DNA of 4,692 bases from positions 1 through 4,692 of IMG/VR virus record IMGVR_UViG_2778261344_000003, one strand, 5' to 3'. The DNA is from a virus. Its lineage: Duplodnaviria; Heunggongvirae; Uroviricota; Caudoviricetes. Positions 1 to 4,692 of the stretch are shown one piece after another (within the stretch, counting starts at the first letter, position 1; the number at the start of each line of letters is the position of its first letter). A program made the position numbers and the translations under genes. Under the pieces are notes generated by a model. It saw only the letters and a list, made by a program, of their open reading frames with translations. It was not told the origin of the DNA and searched no databases.

Positions 1-147
1 ATGCTTCCATCAGAAACGATGATCTGGCAGCCTGAGTTCACAGATAAAACACTCTCCAGGAAAACCGGGGCGGTTCAGGTCAGGGTTAACAGCGCCATCA
101 GGGCAAAGCCCATCCAGAGTCTTCGGGTCAGGGTTAAATTCACGGTC

Positions 148-177
148 GGTGCACTTAAGGTGAATAAGTTGTATATT
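148..177. other. Putative att core region (attL or attP core: C/B half-site, overlap, C' half-site), non-lambda specificity
   Basis: Sits about 60-90 bp downstream of the int stop, where lambda has its core. Sequence GCACTTAAGGTGAATAAGTTGTAT; the C'-like half (TAAGTTG) resembles lambda's, but the central part (AGGTGAA) replaces lambda's TTTATAC. Exact core boundaries cannot be set from sequence alone. Confidence 0.4.
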
Positions 178-192
178 TAAAAACTCTTTTAT

Positions 193-205
193 TATCAATG
201 AATTA
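193..205. promoter_or_regulatory. IHF binding site (H'-like) in the P' arm
   Basis: tATCAAtgaaTTA matches the IHF consensus WATCAANNNNTTR and occupies the same position relative to the core and int as the H' site in lambda attP. Confidence 0.45.
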
Positions 206-215
206 ATGTAAGTGG

Positions 216-245
216 GTCATTATTAGTCAAAATAAAATCATTTGT
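216..245. promoter_or_regulatory. Three tandem arm-type Int binding sites (P'1-P'3-like)
   Basis: GGTCATTATT / AGTCAAAAT / AAAATCATTTG are near-identical to the lambda P' arm (GGTCACTATC / AGTCAAAAT / AAAATCATTAT). The int stop codon (238-240) lies within the third site, as in lambda. Fits the lambda-identical N-terminal arm-binding domain of the encoded Int. Confidence 0.55.
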
Positions 246-1311
246 CGATTTCAATTTTGTCCCATTCCCGTCCACGGCTGTCCCTATACCGCGCCGCCAT
301 TAAATCTGATTTATGCCCGAGAAGACGTTGAGCAAACTTATCGCCAATCTGGTTCCGGTATAGCCTCGCTGACAGGCTACGCAGTTCATGGAATGTTGGC
401 GGGTTTCCATCAAATGAGAGTCCAGATGCATTTCTCGCCTTTGTAAAATACTTTGATACTGTTTTCGGGGAAAGCGGATCGTGATGCTTTGATGCGATTA
501 TAGTTTCACTGCTGCTGGCCTCCCTGCATTTCTGTAGTGTATCAGCCAATGAGATATTGAGCGCGTCAATCGTTAGCGTTAGCGGAATGGCGAGTTTAGC
601 CCCTGTTTTACTCTGTTCAATGTGAAGATGGTTGTCGTTTATGTCTGACCATTTCATTCTGCACAAATCGCCGACTCTCTGCCCTGTAACGACGGCCAAA
701 TCCATCGCCAGCCTTAGCCAGATAGGGAGAGGTTCGGCTGCATGGTAAATCTCGACATACTCATTAGCTGTCAGCCTTGAGCGCCTTACTTCTGACTTTG
801 CTGTACGGGTTGCTGTTACCGGATTCGTTGCAACATGCCCCTCGGCTATTGCTTCACGAAAAACGTCAACAAGGGTTGACCTGATTAATTTTGCGGAAGC
901 TGCTTTACCTTCTGCCACGTAGGTGTTTAGCATTGCTGCCACTTCTTTCGTTGATATGTCAGTGAGCGGTTTGTCCGGCAATTTTCTTCGGATTGCCCTG
1001 ATTTTGCTGGCGTAGTCGAGTAGAGTTTTCGGCCTGATCCCTCTTTCGGTGAGGATTCTTTCATATCGGTCAAGCCACACATGAAGAGTGATTGCGTCAC
1101 CGCCTTTAATTCTGTCTATCAGTGATTTGCGTCCGCTGTCTGAGAGTAACTCAATATTGGCCTGTATTGCTTCAGTGATTGCTATCCTCCTGTCTCGGCC
1201 TAATCCAAACTCTTTACCCGTCCTTGGGTCCCTGTAGCAGTAATATCCATTGTTTCTTATATAAAGGTTAGGGGGTAAATCCCGGCGCTCATGACTTCGC
1301 CTTCTTCCCAT
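238..1311 (-). CDS. int: Tyrosine site-specific integrase, lambda Int family (357 aa)
   Basis: ATG at 1311-1309, TGA at 240-238, GAGGA ribosome-binding site 7 nt upstream. The N-terminal ~55 aa (MGRRRSHERRDLPPNLYIRNNGYYCYRDPRTGKEFGLGRDRRIAITEAIQANIEL) match lambda Int as I recall it. Catalytic motifs are present: GQRVGDL (Arg), HELRSLSARLY (His/Arg), LLGHKSDLMAARY (His/Tyr). The core-binding and catalytic regions diverge from lambda. Confidence 0.95.
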   Translation of the reverse strand: MGRRRSHERRDLPPNLYIRNNGYYCYRDPRTGKEFGLGRDRRIAITEAIQANIELLSDSGRKSLIDRIKGGDAITLHVWLDRYERILTERGIRPKTLLDYASKIRAIRRKLPDKPLTDISTKEVAAMLNTYVAEGKAASAKLIRSTLVDVFREAIAEGHVATNPVTATRTAKSEVRRSRLTANEYVEIYHAAEPLPIWLRLAMDLAVVTGQRVGDLCRMKWSDINDNHLHIEQSKTGAKLAIPLTLTIDALNISLADTLQKCREASSSETIIASKHHDPLSPKTVSKYFTKARNASGLSFDGNPPTFHELRSLSARLYRNQIGDKFAQRLLGHKSDLMAARYRDSRGREWDKIEIDK

Positions 1312-1507
1312 TTCTGATCCTCTTCAAAAGGCTACCTGTTACTGGTCGATTTAAGTCAACCTTTACCGCTGATTCGTGGAACAGATACTCTCTGCCATCC
1401 TTAACCGGAGGAGGGAATATCCTGCATTCGCGCACCCATCGACGAACTGTTTCAAGGCTTCTTGGGCGTCGCTGGCGAGCGTTCCACTCCTGAAGTGTCA
1501 AGTACAT
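1289..1507 (-). CDS. xis: Excisionase Xis (72 aa)
   Basis: The protein MYLTLQEWNARQRRPRSLETVRRWVRECRIFPPPVKDGREYLFHESAVKVDLNRPVTG... matches lambda Xis almost exactly. The 3' end overlaps the int start by 23 nt, as in lambda. Confidence 0.93.
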   Translation of the reverse strand: MYLTLQEWNARQRRPRSLETVRRWVRECRIFPPPVKDGREYLFHESAVKVDLNRPVTGSLLKRIRNGKKAKS

Positions 1508-1519
1508 CGCAAAGTCTCC

Positions 1520-1533
1520 GCAATTACACGCAA
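1520..1533 (-). promoter_or_regulatory. cII activator site (TTGC-N6-TTGC) of the pI promoter for int
   Basis: The minus strand reads TTGCGTGTAATTGC just upstream of the xis ATG, matching the lambda pI cII-binding motif in the same position. In lambda the pI transcript starts inside xis, giving int without xis. Confidence 0.6.
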
Positions 1534-1534
1534 G

Positions 1535-1554
1535 AAAAAACCGCCATCAGGCGG
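1535..1554 (-). terminator. Candidate intrinsic terminator (minus strand) between the 55-aa ORF and xis
   Basis: Minus strand CCGCC-TGAT-GGCGG followed by TTTTTT; a 5-bp all-GC stem, 4-nt loop and T6 tract. The stem includes the stop codon of the 55-aa ORF. The stem is short, so strength is uncertain. Confidence 0.35.
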
Positions 1555-1714
1555 CTTGGTGTTCTTTCAGTTCTTCAATTCGAATATTGGTTACGTCTGC
1601 ATGTGCTATCTGCGCCCACAGCATCAAGTGGTCATAGCAGTCGCTGATGTTCTCGGCTTCGATAACTCTGTTGAATGGTTCTCCATTCCATTCACCTGTA
1701 ACTCGGAAGTGCAT
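1547..1714 (-). CDS. Small conserved hypothetical protein (55 aa), not in the supplied ORF track
   Basis: Hand translation of the minus strand: ATG at 1714-1712, TGA at 1549-1547, GGAG 7 nt upstream of the ATG. Product MHFRVTGEWNGEPFNRVIEAENISDCYDHLMLWAQIAHADVTNIRIEELKEHQAA. It sits where lambda has a ~55-codon ORF between xis and ea8.5. Confidence 0.6.
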   Translation of the reverse strand: MHFRVTGEWNGEPFNRVIEAENISDCYDHLMLWAQIAHADVTNIRIEELKEHQAA

Positions 1715-1722
1715 TTATCATC

Positions 1723-1752
1723 TCCATAAAACAAAACTCGCCGTAGCGAGTT
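1723..1752 (-). terminator. Candidate intrinsic terminator (minus strand) downstream of ea8.5
   Basis: Minus strand AACTCGC-tacg-GCGAGTT (7-bp stem, 4-nt loop) followed directly by TTTGTTTTATGG. It lies between the ea8.5 stop (1803) and the start of the 55-aa ORF (1714). Confidence 0.45.
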
Positions 1753-1802
1753 CAGATAAAAGAAATCCCCGCGAGTGCGAGGATAGTTACTTGTTCATAT
1801 TA

Positions 1803-2084
1803 TTAATCGTCAATGTATTTTGAGCATTGTGGGCAATCATCGATCCCACAATACGATTCATATGCATCCTTTATTGCGTCGCGGGCTTCAGTAAGAGTAT
1901 TGAATAAGTTGCAGCTATTATCTTTTTGATATAGGTAAGTTCCTAATTTATAAGCAGAAGAAGCATCATTTCCGCTGTCTAAAATTACATCGTTATGGAT
2001 TCTGCACCTTGCAAGAACTCCTGATCCCATAAGGGTCTGCATAGCCCATTGCTCTTGATCTTCACACAAATCATGAATGCTCAT
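1803..2084 (-). CDS. ea8.5: Ea8.5-like protein (93 aa), Cys-containing putative zinc-binding protein
   Basis: The ORF track starts at a GTG (2102); I place the start at the ATG 2084-2082, which has GAGG 7 nt upstream and yields 93 aa beginning MSIHDLCEDQEQWAMQ. Stop TAA at 1805-1803. Same size and position as lambda Ea8.5, with a C-terminal CPQC motif. Confidence 0.8.
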   Translation of the reverse strand: MSIHDLCEDQEQWAMQTLMGSGVLARCRIHNDVILDSGNDASSAYKLGTYLYQKDNSCNLFNTLTEARDAIKDAYESYCGIDDCPQCSKYIDD

Positions 2085-2183
2085 TTCAACACCTCTCTTC
2101 ACGTTTCACACACGTTAAGATTAACAGTGTTTTTACATGCTTTGGAAGATTTATTTTATAAAAACTCTTTTAATACAAATAGA

Positions 2184-2203
2184 TATAATAGTTCACTATT
2201 ATA
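2184..2203. repeat. Perfect 9-bp inverted repeat with 2-bp spacer (TATAATAGT-tc-ACTATTATA)
   Basis: Seen directly in the sequence. It overlaps the stop codon of the 2199-2996 gene and carries a TATAAT hexamer on both strands. Confidence 0.55.
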
Positions 2204-2996
2204 GCTCCTTTAATCGAGGCGGTTCTGGTAGAGGCATCCAGTGGGTTACACCGCCAATTGGCTCATCGTCGTCGTACTCCAATGCGGTTATATAGAACCC
2301 GTCACGACGAGAATAAGAAATCCCGGACATTACAATGCCATCCGAAACAACAATAATGTCACCCGTTTCTTTCGGCATTCGCTCACTACAGCTTATCCAA
2401 CCATCCGGAGTCACCGGAAGCGAGAACGGCAGCACATCTCTGTGAACAAGTTTTTGCTGTGACAGGTTATCCAGAACTTTCTGTACTGCTGCATCACCGA
2501 ATACACCAAGCGCATCTGCCATAACTCCTACAACCTGATAAGCCTCAGCGCATACCGTGGATAAACCATCCGGAATTACCGGAGAGTTGCCGGGTTCTTT
2601 AATGTGCAAGCGAGGCTCACCATCTTTTGGTTCAGGCCACTGGCGCTCCATGTTGATCTTCAATTTATCTTCCATAGCAGCGGTAATTTCAGCATCGCTG
2701 ATGCCAGCACGGCGCTGTGCATCCCACAACAGGAAATGCATATCAGCCCACTCGCTGAGATCGTCTGGTTCGACTGCGGCTTCCAGAGCCTCTTTTGAGA
2801 GGTGTTTCAGTGGACCAATGGGGCCAACGCAGCCAAATGTGGAGTCAGACCATTTGGCATGCTCGTGGCGAATCAGTTCGCGTTCCAGTGATGCCAGTGC
2901 AATTCGTGCCAGTTCCATTTGTTCGCCACGAGTAAGCCCGTTTTCAAGCGGATTTTTAATGAACAATTCAATACGTTCTTTGGTAATAGTGGGCAT
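2199..2996 (-). CDS. Two-domain phage protein (265 aa): N-terminal MazG-like dATP/dGTP pyrophosphohydrolase domain (DUF550) plus C-terminal DUF551
   Basis: ATG at 2996-2994 with AAGGA 7 nt upstream; TAA at 2201-2199. The N-terminal half has acidic-helix motifs typical of all-alpha NTP pyrophosphohydrolases (KEALEAAVEPDDLSEWADMHFLLWDAQRR; ISDAEITAAMEDKLKINMER). The C-terminus ends in the W...VTHWMPLPEPP pattern I associate with DUF551. Family assignment is from memory, not a search. Confidence 0.65.
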   Translation of the reverse strand: MPTITKERIELFIKNPLENGLTRGEQMELARIALASLERELIRHEHAKWSDSTFGCVGPIGPLKHLSKEALEAAVEPDDLSEWADMHFLLWDAQRRAGISDAEITAAMEDKLKINMERQWPEPKDGEPRLHIKEPGNSPVIPDGLSTVCAEAYQVVGVMADALGVFGDAAVQKVLDNLSQQKLVHRDVLPFSLPVTPDGWISCSERMPKETGDIIVVSDGIVMSGISYSRRDGFYITALEYDDDEPIGGVTHWMPLPEPPRLKEL

Positions 2997-3006
2997 TTGT
3001 TAGTCC

Positions 3007-3762
3007 TTAAAGTGCTAGTTGCAATTGCATTTCAAAGCGGTCGCGTTGTTCACAATACGCAAGAGAACCAGGGCTATTGTGTGCCTCAATCCGTTCTACC
3101 ATTAATGCTGCGCGTGTCTCTTTACTTGCAGGTGCATAAGCCCCAGACCAGGCTTTATCAATACCGATGTTTCGAGCGACGTTCGTACTATCTGCGCTGG
3201 CTAAGGGTAATTTTGTGAATATCAGCGGATTTAACATGCGCAATCCATGTAGTTTCGTAACCGGCTGACCATGCCCATCAACAATGTGACGAATCAGGTC
3301 TTTCATTCTGGCTACCGCAAGAGTTGGGCGCTTTACGTCATAGTCGCCACAACTACCGATAGCCACTCGCGGAAACTCATTGCACAAATGAATAAATCGC
3401 TCGTCACTTTCATTCATGTGCCACACTGGAACGCCAGCTAGTTTTCCGTGAGGCCACTCATTCAGAAGCGCATCATTTTCCTCCTCTCCGCCATCAATAA
3501 CATCCGAGATAATGGCAAAATCGAATCCTGGGTGATTCTTCCAGCGAGCAACAAACTCGTAGTAATCGCTCCAGTCGATTTTGTTTTTGCCAGCTGCTTT
3601 CCAGGCGGTGAATGCACCGTTGTCCAGCGCGAACGACTGACAGTATTCAGCCGCGAGATTGATCTGGCCTGAATGCGCAAAACTGATAAACGCATGTCGC
3701 CCTTTCCATGCTCTCATTGCGCACGTATCAGGAGTAATAGGCCCACCGTGGTAGTGAATCAT
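3007..3762 (-). CDS. Hypothetical protein (251 aa); tentative TGT (tRNA-guanine transglycosylase)/DpdA-like TIM-barrel fold
   Basis: The track ORF (3007-4005) would overlap ea22 by about 240 nt. I place the start at ATG 3762-3760, one nucleotide after the ea22 TGA, with AAGGAG 6 nt upstream. Four collinear motifs resemble TGT catalytic segments with similar spacing: ALDNGAF (cf. LTDSGGF), AIISDVIDGG (cf. IVMIFDECT), RVAIGSCG (cf. RYLMGVG), ADSTNVARN (cf. FDCVMPTRNARN). There is no C-terminal Cys/His zinc cluster. Confidence 0.5.
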   Translation of the reverse strand: MIHYHGGPITPDTCAMRAWKGRHAFISFAHSGQINLAAEYCQSFALDNGAFTAWKAAGKNKIDWSDYYEFVARWKNHPGFDFAIISDVIDGGEEENDALLNEWPHGKLAGVPVWHMNESDERFIHLCNEFPRVAIGSCGDYDVKRPTLAVARMKDLIRHIVDGHGQPVTKLHGLRMLNPLIFTKLPLASADSTNVARNIGIDKAWSGAYAPASKETRAALMVERIEAHNSPGSLAYCEQRDRFEMQLQLAL

Positions 3763-3763
3763 C

Positions 3764-4402
3764 TCACTCTCCTTTGATGCGAATGCCAGCGGCGCGCTCG
3801 GCTTCACTTTGTTCCCAAAACCACTTGTGAAGCTCCATAAGCTTTTCGTCAATCGGTGCATATTTGCGATTAAAGTAGGCCTGAGCATCTTTCTCAGATT
3901 CGTCCGGCAATTCGCCTGGGCCAAACAGTGTGTTATAAATCCATGCCAGTCCGCTTTTAGCGTCGCCAGTTGCCTGCCATTCGATAATCGCAGCCTGCAT
4001 GACAAGAATGTTTTTCCCGATTAACAGGTCCAGTTCTTTGTACCGGTTGCGGATGTATGCATTCTCGCTTTGTAATTTTGCGTTGCGCTTTTCTGAGGCT
4101 TCAAGTAACGCCTGCTTATCGCGTAGCGCTTCTTCCAGTTCAGCAACATGGCATTCACTATCAATAAGGTTGTTCTCTGCTGCTTCCAGCTCAACACGCA
4201 GCTTCCCTACCGTAAGAGCAATATCCTCGTTCTCCTGGTCGCGGCGTTTGATGTATTGCTGGTTTCTTTCCCGTTCATCCAGCAGCGCCAGCACAATCGA
4301 TGGTGTTACCAGCTCATGGAAAAGGTCCGCATCAAATCCCCAGTCGTCATGCATTGCCTGCTCTGCCGCTTCACGCAGTGCCTGAGAGTTAATTTCGCTC
4401 AC
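3764..4402 (-). CDS. ea22: Ea22-like protein (212 aa), mosaic
   Basis: GTG start at 4402-4400 overlapping the upstream TGA (GTGA); TGA stop at 3766-3764. The N-terminal ~75 aa (MSEINSQALREAAEQAMHDDWGFDADLFHELVTPSIV...) and the last residues (GIRIKGE) match lambda Ea22 as I recall it. The central coiled-coil-like segment and C-terminal domain differ. Confidence 0.85.
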   Translation of the reverse strand: MSEINSQALREAAEQAMHDDWGFDADLFHELVTPSIVLALLDERERNQQYIKRRDQENEDIALTVGKLRVELEAAENNLIDSECHVAELEEALRDKQALLEASEKRNAKLQSENAYIRNRYKELDLLIGKNILVMQAAIIEWQATGDAKSGLAWIYNTLFGPGELPDESEKDAQAYFNRKYAPIDEKLMELHKWFWEQSEAERAAGIRIKGE

Positions 4403-4620
4403 TTCGAACCTCTCTGTTTACTGATAAGCTCCAGATCTTCCTGGCAACTTGCACAAGTCCGACAACCCTGAACGGCCAGACGTCTTCGTTCATCTATGGG
4501 ATCGCCACACTCACAACAATGAGTGGCGGATATAGTCTGGTAGTTCAGACGACGCATTTTTATTGCTGTATTGCGCTGTAATTCTTCAATTTCTGATGCT
4601 GAATCAATGATGTCCGCCAT
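4399..4620 (-). CDS. TraR/DksA-family C4 zinc-finger protein (73 aa), lambda orf73-like
   Basis: ATG at 4620-4618, TGA at 4401-4399. The protein MADIIDSASEIEELQRNTAIKMRRLNYQTISATHCCECGDPIDERRRLAVQGCRTCASCQEDLELISKQRGSK has a CxxC-N17-CxxC zinc finger and matches the lambda TraR homolog at this position. Confidence 0.85.
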   Translation of the reverse strand: MADIIDSASEIEELQRNTAIKMRRLNYQTISATHCCECGDPIDERRRLAVQGCRTCASCQEDLELISKQRGSK

Positions 4621-4692
4621 CTTTCATTAATCCCTGAATTGTTGGTTAATACGCTTGAGGGTGAATGCGAATAATAAAAAAGGAGCCTGTAG

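Noticed and set aside
10-198. Track ORF on the minus strand (62 aa) spanning the att core and P' arm
   Set aside because: It starts at a TTG inside the IHF/arm-site region with no ribosome-binding site, and runs across the recombination core. It mirrors the open plus-strand frame and I see no support for it as a gene.
140-200. Lambda canonical core GCTTTTTTATACTAA
   Set aside because: Not present; the sequence here is AAGGTGAATAAGTTG, so this is not lambda's own att specificity.
1376-1729. Plus-strand ORFs 1376-1729 (117 aa) and 1462-1647 (61 aa)
   Set aside because: They are antisense to xis and the 55-aa ORF, which are strongly supported on the minus strand, and they run through the hairpin and cII-site region.
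2085-2102. GTG start at 2102 for ea8.5, as given in the ORF track
   Set aside because: The in-frame ATG at 2084 has a well-spaced GAGG and gives the 93-aa length expected for Ea8.5. The GTG extension adds six residues with no ribosome-binding site.
2132-2162. Plus-strand promoter-like TTTACA-N18-TTATAA
   Set aside because: The spacer is too long and the -10 is weak, and it would drive transcription antisense into the DUF550/DUF551 gene.
2241-3218. Plus-strand ORFs 2241-2462, 2557-3003, 2604-2798 and 2919-3218
   Set aside because: They are antisense to the two well-supported minus-strand genes, lack convincing ribosome-binding sites and have low-complexity Ser/Arg-rich compositions typical of shadow ORFs.
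3493-3522. Phosphoribosyltransferase-like PRPP motif in the 251-aa protein (FAIISDVIDGGEE versus VLIVEDIIDTGKT)
   Set aside because: It is a single motif and lacks the G-x-T ending. The same segment fits better as the second of four collinear TGT-like motifs.
3733-3762. HxH (MIHYHGG) at the N-terminus suggesting an amidohydrolase or TatD-like metal hydrolase, or a PAPS-reductase family protein
   Set aside because: There is no SGGxDS PP-loop for PAPS reductase, and I could not place the remaining metal-ligand His/Asp pattern of amidohydrolases convincingly. Kept only as an alternative to test.
3763-4005. Long N-terminal extension of the 3007-4005 track ORF (332 aa)
   Set aside because: It would overlap the ea22-like gene by about 240 nt in another frame. 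The ATG at 3762, just after the ea22 stop and with AAGGAG upstream, is a far better start.
3448-4471. Plus-strand ORFs 3448-3672, 3809-4024, 3999-4385 and 4148-4471, and the minus-strand alternate-frame ORF 3462-3695
   Set aside because: They are antisense or alternate-frame shadows of the 251-aa and ea22-like genes. The Ser-rich 3999-4385 product is the antisense image of the Glu/Ala/Leu-rich coiled-coil segment.
1-4692. CRISPR arrays, tRNA/rRNA genes, insertion-sequence ends
   Set aside because: I saw no regularly spaced direct repeats, no tRNA-like cloverleaf segments and no terminal inverted repeats flanking a transposase-like ORF.

Overview
This window is the left end of a lambda-like (lambdoid) temperate phage or prophage. 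It holds an attachment-site core plus P' arm (about 148-245), then eight genes, all on the minus strand in the leftward early-operon orientation. Reading right to left: a TraR-like zinc-finger protein (4399-4620), a mosaic Ea22-like protein (3764-4402), a 251-aa protein with a possible tRNA-guanine-transglycosylase (TGT)/DpdA-like fold (3007-3762), a MazG-like DUF550/DUF551 protein (2199-2996), Ea8.5 (1803-2084), a 55-aa small ORF missed by the ORF track (1547-1714), xis (1289-1507) and int (238-1311). Compared with lambda as I remember it, the two genes at 2199-3762 sit as an extra cassette between ea22 and ea8.5; this is the most interesting part of the window and may be a DNA guanine-modification or nucleotide-pool module. 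The att core is not lambda's canonical core, although the arm-type Int sites and the IHF H' site are lambda-like. All homology statements rest on motif recognition and recall of lambda proteins; no database search was run. The plus-strand ORFs in the track are antisense shadows of these genes.
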